A DNA stretch of 58,614 nt from an uncultured virus (IMG/VR IMGVR_UViG_3300022660_000058) (IMGVR_UViG_3300022660_000058); one strand, 5' to 3'; shown: positions 31,701 through 41,380, counted from the first letter of the stretch. Program-made: numbers and translations. The notes: generated by a model from the sequence alone, not told the origin.

Positions 31701-31919
31701 AAACTCACAAGCGTGAATATATTTCATTCCTGCTTTTTCAATGTCACACTTTTTATGATACCATTCAAAACAGTTGCCGTGTTCGCTAAAAGCCAAAGCT
31801 TTCATACCACATTCTTTGGCTTTAGCGATATACATTTTGTACTTAGTAACACTATCCATTATAGTAGTAGCATTAGACAGGTCTGAATGTAAATGGTATA
31901 CTACATAATTATCTGTCAT
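28725..31919 (-). CDS. dnaE: DNA polymerase III alpha subunit (family C)
   Basis: PHP domain HLHS..SEHG, RGSVSGS, FERF..R..LADIDTD, HPAG, KLDVLGL, YQEQ. Confidence 0.95.
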   Translation of the reverse strand: MTDNYVVYHLHSDLSNATTIMDSVTKYKMYIAKAKECGMKALAFSEHGNCFEWYHKKCDIEKAGMKYIHACEFYITKAIEIDENNEPIKVRDNYHCVLIAKNYEGFKELNELTSKSFNREDGHFYFNPRITYEELKNTSDNIIITTACLGGLLNSNDEELENDFLQWVIANKHRCFLEVQHHNTMEQARYNLYLWGYNRTYGIPLIAGTDTHSLDETYAKGRAILQKSKNTSFDNEDGWDMTFKTYDELVQAYEQQGVLPREVYLEAIENTNRMANMVEEYTIDSTKKYPKLYDDSEKAFKEKIAKGIKWRGIDKKPNFKEYRDRILYEYDTYKYNEAIDFMLLEEDYKTALRKNGIPFGYSRGSVSGSVIAYLLGITEVDSIKYNLNFERFMNKERVSLADIDTDWFKRDRGEVRKYLYNKEGLYCCDIITFNTIAMKGAIKDVGRALDMSPVETQELSNEVFVDENKQFKIDEKYRKQYPKLFEYVDIVQGVIVSIGNHPAGLVVSPFPIEPFFGTCTTSENENPISQINMKEIDSLNFVKLDVLGLDCVGLINDTCDLVGIERLTPDNVDLTDMKVWNSIRDDNTAIFQFESDSAGGYLKELFSETTISNIKKVNPNFSYIDLMSMANGAIRPAGASYREELAKGIYRDNGHEALNNFLAPTLGYLVYQEQIIEFLHSFCGYTMGQADIVRRGFAKKTGTEQFIPKIKNGFTETMQKEYSISTEESERLIESFIQVIVDASSYLFSNNHAVPYSFLGYMCGYLRYYYPLEFLTVALNVYQEDEGKSNKIKTYIEKQGIEINPIKFGKSVDVYFMDKKTNSIYQGIKSIKYLNAQIAKELYDLAQNNTYNSFIELLDDIVTKTSCDSRQIEILISLNFFSDFGNNKKLLSIYKLYDNLASRKQIKFADLETLNINEEIFQKYAKSKTAKMYKDLDMIGYIAEISEMIPNKALSIKEQMKYEIEHLGNPISLYKKAPKSFFIVTEYKTFKDKLKPYLTLYNVNTGEYIKTKVKDRDFFAVAPFGLFDIVKVVKWKTQKKTKCIGGEWKKTDEDEQILSEWEVY

Positions 31920-32134
31920 TTATATCCTATCTCCTTAAAATCAGGTTTTAAACTTGTCTTTATCTTTTGAACAGTATAATCCGATAAAACTTTATACAAG
32001 GTATATTTTGTTCTTTGTTTATCGTATGTAGCTGTATACTGTGGAATATGTTCTTCGTTACAATGTGTATGTAATATAGTTTGACCTTTGGGGATTTTGA
32101 TTTTTAATATATGTTCAAATTCAACATTATTCAT
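31916..32134 (-). CDS. Hypothetical protein
   Basis: Translationally coupled between groEL and dnaE. Confidence 0.55.
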   Translation of the reverse strand: MNNVEFEHILKIKIPKGQTILHTHCNEEHIPQYTATYDKQRTKYTLYKVLSDYTVQKIKTSLKPDFKEIGYK

Positions 32135-33750
32135 TACATCACCTGATTGTTCATTTGTAACTTTGCTACCTCTTCCTTATCATCTGCAATTAATACCTCA
32201 GTAGTAAGCACCAAAACTGCAATAGATAAAGCATTTTGTAATGCACTTCTTGTTACTTTTGCAGGGTCAATAATACCCTTTTCAAACATATCAACATACT
32301 GTTCACTATAAACATCAAAACCATAGTTTGTTTTGCCCATACGCTCAATTTCATTTATAATTACAGAACCTTCAAGACCTGCATTTTCCACAATTCTTCT
32401 AATGGGATACTGAATTGCTCTTGATACAATTTCAACACCCACCTTTTCATCCCCTGTCAGGTTTTCAAATTCAGCTTCTAAGGCGTTTTTAGCATTAAGT
32501 AATGTAACACCACCACCTGCTACAACACCCTCTTCTACGGCTGATTTTGTGGCAGATAAAGCATCTTCTAATCTTAACTTCTTATCTTTCATTTCGGCTT
32601 CGGTGTTTGCTCCAACCTTAATTACACCAACACCATTTGAAAGCTTTGCAAGTCTTTCCTGAAGCTTTTCTTTATCATAACTATCGGTTGTGATATTAAG
32701 TTGAGATTTAATATGATTAACTCTACTTGCAATCATCTCAGGATGACCACAACCATCAATAATCGTGGTAATTTCTTTGCCAACCTTAACCTGCTTGGCT
32801 TCACCAAGGACTTCCATACCAACCTTTTTAAGTTCCATTCCTATCTTTGAGTTTACAAATGTACCATTAGTAACAATAGCAATATCTTCAAGAAGGTTGT
32901 CTCTATTTTCACCAAATGCAGGAGCTTTGACACATACTATCTTTAATGCACCACGCAGTTTATTAGTAACTAATGTTGCAAGTACATCGTTATTAATTTC
33001 ATCAGAAATAACGAGCAAAGCTCTACCTTCTTTATTAACGGTATCTAAGATTGGGTAAATATCTTGAATGTTAGTAATTTGCTGATTGGTAATTAAAATA
33101 TAAGGCTTATCTAAAATTGCCTCCATTTTTTCCATATCGGTTGCCATATAAGGTGTAACATAACCTCTGTTAAAGCTTAATCCCTCAACAATCTCATATG
33201 TGGTTTCACCTGTCTGAGATTCTTCTACACTAATCGTTCCATCATTACCAATTTTACCCATAACCTCGGCAATAATATTACCAAACTCAGGGCTTCTTGA
33301 AGAAACTGTTGCAATTCTTGCAATATCATTTGTTCCTGAAATGGGCTGTGCATTTTCGGCAATATATTCAACAATCTTATCAACCGCTTTCTGCATACCC
33401 TTTTTAATAAACACAGGATTTGCTCCTGCTGTAATATTCTTTAAACCTTCGTTAACCAATGCTTGTGCTAACACAATGGCAGTTGTTGTACCGTCACCTG
33501 CAACTGAATTGGTAGTAGATGAGGTTTCGGTCACAAGTTTAGCACCCATATTTTCAAATTCATCTGCAAGCTCAATATCTCTTGCAATGGTAACACCGTC
33601 ATTTGTAATAAGAGGTGAATCAAACTGCTTGTCTATAGCAACATTTCTACCCTTTGCTCCCAATGTAATCTTTACACAGTCAGCAACGGTATCTATGCCT
33701 CTTTTTAAAGCATTTTTTGCTTCTGTGCCATAAAGTATTTTCTTAACCAT
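32134..33750 (-). CDS. groEL: Chaperonin GroEL
   Basis: TLGAKGRNV, ITNDGVTIA, AGDGTTTA, KAPAFG, EEGVVAGGG, GIIDPAKV; likely start MVKKILYG at 33750. Confidence 0.96.
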   Translation of the reverse strand: MVKKILYGTEAKNALKRGIDTVADCVKITLGAKGRNVAIDKQFDSPLITNDGVTIARDIELADEFENMGAKLVTETSSTTNSVAGDGTTTAIVLAQALVNEGLKNITAGANPVFIKKGMQKAVDKIVEYIAENAQPISGTNDIARIATVSSRSPEFGNIIAEVMGKIGNDGTISVEESQTGETTYEIVEGLSFNRGYVTPYMATDMEKMEAILDKPYILITNQQITNIQDIYPILDTVNKEGRALLVISDEINNDVLATLVTNKLRGALKIVCVKAPAFGENRDNLLEDIAIVTNGTFVNSKIGMELKKVGMEVLGEAKQVKVGKEITTIIDGCGHPEMIASRVNHIKSQLNITTDSYDKEKLQERLAKLSNGVGVIKVGANTEAEMKDKKLRLEDALSATKSAVEEGVVAGGGVTLLNAKNALEAEFENLTGDEKVGVEIVSRAIQYPIRRIVENAGLEGSVIINEIERMGKTNYGFDVYSEQYVDMFEKGIIDPAKVTRSALQNALSIAVLVLTTEVLIADDKEEVAKLQMNNQVM

Positions 33751-34015
33751 TATTTTCTTCTCCTTCTTCCAAATCAATTCGTGCAATTATATTATCGAGG
33801 TCTACCGCAATATATGTTTTACCATTGACAACACATTCTACTGCTTTTTCTTTGTTATATACAAGAATGTCATCTGTATAAATATAATCTTGCGGTGATG
33901 ATATAACCTTTAAAACATTATCTGTCTCTTTAGTGTTTACAATTAAACCATTATGTTGTTCATTAAATTTATAAGGTTCACCAACAACCCATTCATCGTG
34001 TGCATATATTCTCAT
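33743..34015 (-). CDS. Divergent GroES-like co-chaperonin
   Basis: 90 aa directly upstream of groEL; GLIV..KE and V.GK.Y..V..D.IIA pattern similar to GroES. Confidence 0.6.
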   Translation of the reverse strand: MRIYAHDEWVVGEPYKFNEQHNGLIVNTKETDNVLKVISSPQDYIYTDDILVYNKEKAVECVVNGKTYIAVDLDNIIARIDLEEGEENNG

Positions 34016-34047
34016 CTTGCTTCATCTCCTTTAAAATTTATTTTTAA

Positions 34048-35229
34048 TTACATTAATCCTAAATCTGCCAAATCTTTCATCCATTCCTCATCATCTGTAT
34101 CGTCTGTTTTATTTAAAAACATTTCTCTATTTTCAAGATACTCTGCATAAGGTTTATGAATGTTGGCTGAATAATCACTAAGATTTGCCATAAAGAATGA
34201 TTGACTGTCGGTAACTTCTTGCCACCAAACTCTTTCAGCTTCTTCTTTGTCGGTATATTTAAGACTGTCATATTCTTCTGTTTTAGCTTTAATCTCATTT
34301 ATTGTTTCAATAATATTATTTTTTAATTCTGTAATATCATCTTCTGTAAAGTCAATTTCAACATAACAATCATCAACAATAAACTTATCCTTAACATCAT
34401 CAGGCAGATACTTTAATGTGTTTTCTGCAATACATCTTTCAAGCTCGTCACCATTAACAGTGTATTTAGATTCTTTTAGCCACATATTGATGCTTGCACT
34501 CAGTTTTTCAACATAATTATTTCTTTCTAAAGTTCTAACCTTAGTTTTATGTTTTTTGGTTTCTTTATCAATAGCCTTTTGTGTTACGGTGACATTGACA
34601 TATTTAAGGAAATTCCATCTTGCAACTATCTGTTCATAAGGAACACCTCTTTGATGTATACCTTCAATATAAATTAAGAGCTGACCCTTTTCGTGTTCAT
34701 ATTTATCGCCTTTATACATTGAACTACTTTTCCAGTCAGTAATAATTACTTTGTTAATCTCGTTTCTTTCCTCAATATGAAAAGCATCTATATAACCCTG
34801 AAAATATGTATCACCAATAACACTACCAATAAATTCTTCAAGCTTAATCTTATGAGGAATCTTATTATGATTTAAAAGGAAATGTCTAATACAATCCTCA
34901 TATTTATCACCAACAGACTTATTCTTTTCTTCGTCTGAACGGTCATATTTTAAACCGTTCATTGTATTTTCAAAGAGTCGTTCTTCGTATCTATCAAGCA
35001 TACCCTGATGATTAAGTTCACCCTTGTAAAATGCTTCAATACATTCGTGAATATCTCCACCGCTTTTAGCATAGATACCGTCAAATCTATCAGGTGGAAT
35101 CTTAGCAATATATTTAAGATAATATGTATATGTATCATCTAAGTAAGTTTTATATTTAGACCAAGAAAAAATTTGATTACAATTATTTTGCTTGGCTAAT
35201 TCTTGGATTTCACTATATTCTTTTCTCAT
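34048..35229 (-). CDS. PD-(D/E)XK (RecB/Cas4-like) exonuclease
   Basis: FSWSK..G..IH..E, FQGYID, ITDWKSS and QL.IY motifs. Confidence 0.8.
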   Translation of the reverse strand: MRKEYSEIQELAKQNNCNQIFSWSKYKTYLDDTYTYYLKYIAKIPPDRFDGIYAKSGGDIHECIEAFYKGELNHQGMLDRYEERLFENTMNGLKYDRSDEEKNKSVGDKYEDCIRHFLLNHNKIPHKIKLEEFIGSVIGDTYFQGYIDAFHIEERNEINKVIITDWKSSSMYKGDKYEHEKGQLLIYIEGIHQRGVPYEQIVARWNFLKYVNVTVTQKAIDKETKKHKTKVRTLERNNYVEKLSASINMWLKESKYTVNGDELERCIAENTLKYLPDDVKDKFIVDDCYVEIDFTEDDITELKNNIIETINEIKAKTEEYDSLKYTDKEEAERVWWQEVTDSQSFFMANLSDYSANIHKPYAEYLENREMFLNKTDDTDDEEWMKDLADLGLM

Positions 35230-35241
35230 TTCTTTACCACC

Positions 35242-35517
35242 TTATGCACTCATTTCTCTTTTTGCCTTTTCCAAGCCACTACGAGCCTTAATCATCTGAT
35301 GTATTCTTGAATTAAAACTTGCTATTGTATGGTCAAGGTCGGTAGGATTTAAGGCAAGATAATAACCGTGGCTATCACTCGCAATCGCAGTTCCATCAGT
35401 TCTTAATTGATTGACTTGTTTTCTTACCTCTGCACCTGAGATACCCAATTTCTGAGAAAGCTCGGCAGAAGTGATACGATTTTCGTTTCCAATGGGGATA
35501 AGTTCAATTAATGTCAT
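35242..35517 (-). CDS. Winged-HTH DNA-binding protein
   Basis: ITSAELSQKLGISGAEVRKQVNQLR..G..I.S...GY. Confidence 0.75.
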   Translation of the reverse strand: MTLIELIPIGNENRITSAELSQKLGISGAEVRKQVNQLRTDGTAIASDSHGYYLALNPTDLDHTIASFNSRIHQMIKARSGLEKAKREMSA

Positions 35518-35559
35518 AATATCAATTCTCCTTTAAAATTTAATTTTAATAATATTATT

Positions 35560-35766
35560 TTATTCGTTTATGTCAAGATAGAAAAATTCTGTGTGACTTC
35601 CTACATCATATTTCTTACGACCATTTACCATCCAACTTCTTGTATAATATGATTTAAAATTATGCTCATCGAGAAACTTATGAATTTCCTTAAAAGCCTC
35701 TTCTTCATTAGCTACTTCGGCTATAACTCTCTCCTCACCATAAGAATTTTCAAAATATAACTTCAT
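35560..35766 (-). CDS. Hypothetical protein
   Basis: ORF ending YDVGSHTEFF, with RBS. Confidence 0.6.
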   Translation of the reverse strand: MKLYFENSYGEERVIAEVANEEEAFKEIHKFLDEHNFKSYYTRSWMVNGRKKYDVGSHTEFFYLDINE

Positions 35767-35775
35767 AATAACACC

Positions 35776-36117
35776 TCATTCTATAAAAACTATCATTTCT
35801 TCTTTAACATCATTTTCAATTTTCGGTGGAGTACCATCGGAATAAACAGTAATACGAGTACAGTCTTTTGTTTTTGTCCCATACGCTTGAACTACACCAA
35901 AATCTAAATGTTTAGCTACTACAAAAGGATAACCCATATAAAAAGGTCTTGTTTCAAATCGTTTGAGTGTAATGTTGTGTGGATAAGCCTGTGCTTCTAT
36001 GATTTGTAATGTTTCATAATTTACAAGAAGTTTGATATTGTCTAAATCAGCCATTTCAGCTCTTTTAATTAATTTTTGCAACTTATCTTCATTGATTTTA
36101 GTTTCGATAATATTCAT
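35776..36117 (-). CDS. Hypothetical protein
   Basis: Coupled ORF in the operon. Confidence 0.55.
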   Translation of the reverse strand: MNIIETKINEDKLQKLIKRAEMADLDNIKLLVNYETLQIIEAQAYPHNITLKRFETRPFYMGYPFVVAKHLDFGVVQAYGTKTKDCTRITVYSDGTPPKIENDVKEEMIVFIE

Positions 36118-36717
36118 TTAATATTCCACCTTTTCAAATTTTACTTCAAGAAATTTACGACTTGCAAGATAATCACACATATGCACAAACTTTTGCATAT
36201 TGGTTTCGGGCTTGTCTAAAACCTCTTCTCCTATTTTATAATCCTTATTAAATTCACCCATATGCGTAGCAATACATTTACAAATCAACTGTATAGTAGT
36301 AATCATATCATCCCAAGGGTTTAAATCTTTCTTAGTAATAAAATCATTAATAAAATCTACCATTTCAATCGGATGAGTTGACACTGTGTATTTGCTACCA
36401 TTAAGACCGTGTTTAACACCATCGTGTAAAAGCAGAGCAGTCAATATAATGTCTCGTTCTTCTTCGCTATATTCACTCTGATACTGTTCAAGGTCAAGCA
36501 GTGTTTTAGCAATAAGCACAGCAGACTTTGTATGTCTTACAAGACCACCCTCACCCAATGAATATTCAGGATGATACTTACCTGTACTACTTGCAGGGAC
36601 TACAAAGAAATAATCGGGAAGTTCAGCAATCATACATACTGCAAACTTTCTAATCTCCTTATTGTTAATCCATTTTAATTCATTTTGAAATGTTAATACT
36701 TTTTCTTTCTTGTCCAT
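36118..36717 (-). CDS. HD-domain phosphohydrolase
   Basis: PASSTGKYHP..GGLVRHT..LLHD..H..HM..VH.CDYLAS. Confidence 0.85.
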   Translation of the reverse strand: MDKKEKVLTFQNELKWINNKEIRKFAVCMIAELPDYFFVVPASSTGKYHPEYSLGEGGLVRHTKSAVLIAKTLLDLEQYQSEYSEEERDIILTALLLHDGVKHGLNGSKYTVSTHPIEMVDFINDFITKKDLNPWDDMITTIQLICKCIATHMGEFNKDYKIGEEVLDKPETNMQKFVHMCDYLASRKFLEVKFEKVEY

Positions 36718-36728
36718 TTTTGCACTCC

Positions 36729-37031
36729 TTAATCTTCGATTGTAATAGTTGCACTTAATATGTCTAAACCATACGGTGCTAATATGCTTTGTAAAACATA
36801 GTCCATTTCATCAACCAAAATTCCCTTATATCCCTGAGATTTAACTTTGTGATTAGCTATATCGTGTATAGTAATGGGTTCAGGTATGTTAATGTTAAGC
36901 TTATGAGCCATTTGTGTTATACCGTATTTCATTCCTGCATTAGCACATAAAATTGGTGCATTATGATATTCACTTGCGTATAACATACGAGTTGTTTTAC
37001 CTGCCTGTCTTGGCAAATTAAAAATTTTCAT
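36729..37031 (-). CDS. Small P-loop-like hypothetical protein
   Basis: RQAGKTT and ILVDE motifs in 100 aa. Confidence 0.55.
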   Translation of the reverse strand: MKIFNLPRQAGKTTRMLYASEYHNAPILCANAGMKYGITQMAHKLNINIPEPITIHDIANHKVKSQGYKGILVDEMDYVLQSILAPYGLDILSATITIED

Positions 37032-37032
37032 A

Positions 37033-37290
37033 TTATCCCTCGTTTCTCATTATCAAAGGTGCTTTATCACCACCGTAGGGTAATGCTCTAAAAGTATTGT
37101 ATTCTACCCAATCAATAGCCTCTTCTTCAGTCCAACCCTCATCAGCCATAAGCTCTTGCACCATCTTATCAAAATCATATATTGCTCTACCGTCAAAGGT
37201 AGTGCCAATAATTGAATTGTCATAAGCCTGATTAATAAAAATGACTGCATCAGGTGGAAGTTTGCTTCTTATTTCTTGATTAACTGACAT
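37033..37290 (-). CDS. Hypothetical protein
   Basis: AYD..IIG..AIYD..EEAIDW..YN conserved-looking phage motif. Confidence 0.6.
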   Translation of the reverse strand: MSVNQEIRSKLPPDAVIFINQAYDNSIIGTTFDGRAIYDFDKMVQELMADEGWTEEEAIDWVEYNTFRALPYGGDKAPLIMRNEG

Positions 37291-37310
37291 CTTTATTTTC
37301 CTTTCAAATG

Positions 37311-38420
37311 TTATTTTTTAAATAAATATATACCCTCTTGTTTTTTAAAAGTATTATCATTATGCCCCTGCCCTCTTCTTGTTTGCAGTTTCATTGGAAT
37401 CTCTTTAACAAATGTAAAACCTGTATTAAGACTAATATCAATCCACTGATTAACAAACTCTATGTTTTTATTACCAAGTTTGAAATCGGCAATATTAACC
37501 GCATAATATCTATCGGGTTTAAGCATATAATAAATATTTTCTATAGTAGGTTGTACATAACCAAGAAACCATTTGTCTAATTCGGGAAATTTGTTATAAC
37601 ACTGAGTATTCTCGTTAGAATATTTTTCTAAATTAAAATACGGAGGGCTACTAAAAGCAAAGTCTATGGTATTTGCTTTAAGTCGTAAATCTTCACTACC
37701 TTTACAAGCAATTTTAAAGATATTTTCTCTATGTGTTGTTTGCTCTATGTATTTACCTAATCTATTTAAATTATTAAAAGTTTCAATACAAGGCTCTACA
37801 CCAATATATTTATAGTTGTTTTCACTTGTTAATGCTCCAAGCATACGCCCACCAAAGCCACAAGAATAATCATAAATAATACCATTAGCAGGACAATATT
37901 TTTCATATAAAGCTTTTGCTTTCATTGGTGAAAAGTTAGTAGCCACATTGCCGCCTAACATTTCCAACCCATCTTTAATAGCAGTAGGCACAACAGGATG
38001 GGCTACAGATTTATGGTCGAGGCAAAACTTAATAGCTCGATATAATTTATGGTCATCATAAAATTTATAATACGGAGAGTTATTTTTAACACCCTTACAT
38101 TCCACTTCATATAAGTTTGGGAATATAAATCTACATAAGCTTGCTCCTTGATTAAATTTAATATTTAAAATATCTCCATCCCATTCAATCTTTTTATTTA
38201 CACACGATTGAATTTCTGTTTTTATACCTTCATCGTTATAATATGTAATAGGAAAGATGTTCTTAGCTCTATAAATATTAAAAACTTCTTGTATAATTTC
38301 TTCTTGCCTTTGAGGGGTTGACTTTATATATTCTTCTTTGGTGTATGATTTTAATTTATCAAGTACATCTTCATAACCACTCGATGCACTTAGTTCACTT
38401 TGATAATTCCAATCTATCAT
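37311..38420 (-). CDS. Amino-type (N4C/N6A) DNA methyltransferase
   Basis: YDYSCGFGGR SAM-binding motif and FSSPPYF catalytic motif. Confidence 0.82.
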   Translation of the reverse strand: MIDWNYQSELSASSGYEDVLDKLKSYTKEEYIKSTPQRQEEIIQEVFNIYRAKNIFPITYYNDEGIKTEIQSCVNKKIEWDGDILNIKFNQGASLCRFIFPNLYEVECKGVKNNSPYYKFYDDHKLYRAIKFCLDHKSVAHPVVPTAIKDGLEMLGGNVATNFSPMKAKALYEKYCPANGIIYDYSCGFGGRMLGALTSENNYKYIGVEPCIETFNNLNRLGKYIEQTTHRENIFKIACKGSEDLRLKANTIDFAFSSPPYFNLEKYSNENTQCYNKFPELDKWFLGYVQPTIENIYYMLKPDRYYAVNIADFKLGNKNIEFVNQWIDISLNTGFTFVKEIPMKLQTRRGQGHNDNTFKKQEGIYLFKK

Positions 38421-38477
38421 TTGTTACATTTGTTACCTTTCACAGAATTAATAATATTATTTTGTTTATTTGTAAAA

Positions 38478-39335
38478 TTATTTTTTATATCTACTACTAA
38501 TAATTTTGGGAACAGCACTATTCCAATCTACCCTGTGATGTATTCTTGTATTAACTGTATCCATACCAAAAATTTTAACAAACGATGGGTTGGTCATAAC
38601 ACTATAAAAAGACTTTATATATGTTCCATTATCTAAATACTCATCGGTCATTCCACCTTTTGTAGTTTGGGTATTCTTTTGTCTTAATGATATATCTCTA
38701 ATGGTCATAAATAATTTGCCTTGACTACCCAATGTGCAATATGTATTTACATCTTCATTGATACTTCCAATAAACTTAAAAGGTTTTTCGGTTGTGCAGA
38801 AAAATGAGTTCATTGCTTTTCTTTTAATTTTTGCTTTAGCTAAAGATGAATCTTTCCCACCGATAAAGTCTCCACCCTGTCCAAAAGCAATAGTGTATGC
38901 CTTTGACTCATCTAAAAAGTCAATCATAATATCTACCAATTCATCAAATTCTTTGACAGGTAATACTTTGAACTTATCATCTTCTTCATAGCGGTACTCA
39001 AAACCTGTATAATCGTCATCTAACTGTAAGAAATATTTATATCCTAATTCTTTAGCAACATCAAAACAAAAATTTCTTGCATACAATATAACTTTTCTTT
39101 TATTAAAATTATCACAAGTATCAGTTAATTTTGCTTGTTCTTCTTTATTAAAAATTATGATTTTATCTTTGCCATACTTATTAATATATTCGTCAATGGT
39201 AGGGTCATCATCACCCAAAATAATATAATATTTGCCTGTGTAATTACTATTTAATAAACTATTTACTGTATACATACTGTTGGCTCTCTTGTATGACAAA
39301 ATAAACACACAAAAATCACTTCTCACCGTCAGCAT
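38478..39335 (-). CDS. GT-A-fold glycosyltransferase-like protein (TET-associated/GREB1-like)
   Basis: FILSYKRA, YARN..F..AKELG..YFLQLDDDY, INEDV and Y.KSFYSVM motifs. Confidence 0.7.
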   Translation of the reverse strand: MLTVRSDFCVFILSYKRANSMYTVNSLLNSNYTGKYYIILGDDDPTIDEYINKYGKDKIIIFNKEEQAKLTDTCDNFNKRKVILYARNFCFDVAKELGYKYFLQLDDDYTGFEYRYEEDDKFKVLPVKEFDELVDIMIDFLDESKAYTIAFGQGGDFIGGKDSSLAKAKIKRKAMNSFFCTTEKPFKFIGSINEDVNTYCTLGSQGKLFMTIRDISLRQKNTQTTKGGMTDEYLDNGTYIKSFYSVMTNPSFVKIFGMDTVNTRIHHRVDWNSAVPKIISSRYKK

Positions 39336-39675
39336 CCTTTCTAATGTCTACAATATCTTTAATTCTTTTGCTCAACCTTACATAACCATTGGCTATAGCA
39401 TCATCTACATCAATAATGACTAATGCAGATTCTTCCATAAGCTCCTGCATTTCCTTGCTTGCGTGGCAATAACATTCTGCTATAACCGAATAATCAAATT
39501 TAATATGTCTTGTCGCTGCTAATTTCAAAAATTCTTTTTCAGTTTCAGACACATTAGAGTTTTCTATATTTTTAATAAGTGCATCATACTTTGTTTTATC
39601 TACTGCCTTGCTTTTCTTTTTAAGACCCTTTGGTGTATATTGTGGAATACATATTTTCTTAGTATATTTAGACAT
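39316..39675 (-). CDS. Small partner protein of the glycosyltransferase
   Basis: KYTKKI..PQY.PK..FL.LAATRH..F.Y..IA..Y..ALVIID...AI.NG; overlaps the GT start. Confidence 0.6.
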   Translation of the reverse strand: MSKYTKKICIPQYTPKGLKKKSKAVDKTKYDALIKNIENSNVSETEKEFLKLAATRHIKFDYSVIAECYCHASKEMQELMEESALVIIDVDDAIANGYVRLSKRIKDIVDIRKDADGEK

Positions 39676-39704
39676 ACTAACTTCTCCTTTGTTCTTGTGT
39701 AATA

Positions 39705-40277
39705 TTATTTTGTTTGTTTGTGATATACCTCATATCCCTTGATAATCTCATCAAGTGTTCTCGGTGTATACCTTATCCAATCCATCATACAACCTACATT
39801 GTATGCTCTCATAGGAATATCCTGAAGCTGTCTTGTTTCGTCTAACCAGCTCTCCATAATATTCCACTGATGTGAATTGTGAATATGACCATATAAATGA
39901 ACACTATCTCTAAACTGACCATTCCAAAAAGGCATAGGATAATGACTCATAGTGACCTTTGTTGTGCCATCAACAACCTCGGCATAGTTTTCCATTCTAT
40001 GAAAACACTGATAAAATTCAATACCTGACTTATCGTGATTTCCTTTAATCAGGATTTTACGACCCTTAAGCTGTTTAATAATTTCAATAGTCTTATTTGT
40101 ATCATACCAACTAATATCACCAAGAATATATACTGTATCTTCATTTGACACAACCCTATTCCAATTATCAATTAAAGCCTTATCCATTTCTTCCGTAGTT
40201 CTAAACGGTCTATTATCATATCTAATAATGTTTTTATGACCAAAATGAAGGTCACTAATATAAAAAATCTTGCTCAC
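39705..40277 (-). CDS. Calcineurin-like metallophosphoesterase
   Basis: SDLHFGH, LGD, GNHD, SHYP and LYGHIH motifs. Confidence 0.88.
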   Translation of the reverse strand: MSKIFYISDLHFGHKNIIRYDNRPFRTTEEMDKALIDNWNRVVSNEDTVYILGDISWYDTNKTIEIIKQLKGRKILIKGNHDKSGIEFYQCFHRMENYAEVVDGTTKVTMSHYPMPFWNGQFRDSVHLYGHIHNSHQWNIMESWLDETRQLQDIPMRAYNVGCMMDWIRYTPRTLDEIIKGYEVYHKQTK

Positions 40278-40281
40278 AAAA

Positions 40282-41307
40282 TTACTCCTTTTCTACATAC
40301 TTAATTTTATATTTCATTAAAAAATTATAAGTTTTATTATTGGCATCAGCAGGGCTATCCTTTTCACCAAGCAAATTCCATTTGTCCCAAATAAAATATA
40401 CATTTCTATATTTACAAAACTTTTTGCATATTTCTTTAATATCTTCTTTGCTTTGGTCTTTATCAAGAGCTACAACAACATCACAATTAAGGCTTAATAT
40501 TAACCCTACTTGCTCATCAGTAATGTTGCTACCCCCAATAGCCAAACCTGTCCTATCACCCAAAGAAGCTCTAATCAATACACTTTTTTCGGCTTCAAAC
40601 AGAACACAATATCCTGCTTGTTGTATGTGTGCATAGTTTTCACAGAAACCATATACACATTTACCTTTTTTAAAGCCTTGATAACTCCAAAACTTTGGAA
40701 TATCTAACTCTTTGTATAAAGGTATTGATGTTCTACCGCTTAGTCCTACAATACCATTTTGATTACGCCAAGGTATGACTGTTCTTTTCCGTTGAAAGTC
40801 GTAGCATAACCCAAACTCTCTACGAACCTTTTCGGTAATACGACCACCACAATAATCTTGATGAATACAATCACCAAAATCAGTTAAAATATCCTCATCA
40901 TAAACATCAACATCATTGACCACACATTTGTGTTTAGATTTTAATTTCGAGGTGAAAATTGATAAGGGGTCGTGTTTGGGTTCACTTTTAGGTTTAACCT
41001 TTTTGTTACTCCATTCAAGGTTGAGAGTTTTATGCAACCATTTTAAAGCAGATATAAAATCTATCTGTTTTAATCCCATTACAAGAGCAATAATATCTCC
41101 CTGTATCTTTTGACCTGTATACATTTCAACAGAAAGATTATCCTTATATACAATAATAGATTGTGGATTATCCCCTTCGGGTCTTGCACACGCAAAATAC
41201 TTACCTTTATCTTTGATATGATGACATAAAAGGGCAGTAAGAACTGTCTCAATTTTGTCATTGTTGATTATATATTCTTTCAACTCTTTAATGTCAATAG
41301 TTCTCAC
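40282..41307 (-). CDS. DNA primase (TOPRIM)
   Basis: VIPWR..GLSGR, LFEAEKSV, VALDKD, KDSPAD. Confidence 0.8.
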   Translation of the reverse strand: MRTIDIKELKEYIINNDKIETVLTALLCHHIKDKGKYFACARPEGDNPQSIIVYKDNLSVEMYTGQKIQGDIIALVMGLKQIDFISALKWLHKTLNLEWSNKKVKPKSEPKHDPLSIFTSKLKSKHKCVVNDVDVYDEDILTDFGDCIHQDYCGGRITEKVRREFGLCYDFQRKRTVIPWRNQNGIVGLSGRTSIPLYKELDIPKFWSYQGFKKGKCVYGFCENYAHIQQAGYCVLFEAEKSVLIRASLGDRTGLAIGGSNITDEQVGLILSLNCDVVVALDKDQSKEDIKEICKKFCKYRNVYFIWDKWNLLGEKDSPADANNKTYNFLMKYKIKYVEKE

Positions 41308-41331
41308 CGCCTTAACTTAATTACATATATT

Positions 41332-41360
41332 ATTATAATATTATTTTGTTTGTTTGTCAA
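41332..41360 (-). promoter_or_regulatory. Conserved phage sigma-A-type promoter
   Basis: TTGACA-17-TATAAT with AAAATAATAT spacer. Confidence 0.85.
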
Positions 41361-41380
41361 TGTGCATATTGCACAAAGAT

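Noticed and set aside
34048..35229. Cas4 as part of a CRISPR system
   Set aside because: Stand-alone PD-(D/E)XK exonuclease in the replication module; no Fe-S cysteine set, cas1/cas2 or array.
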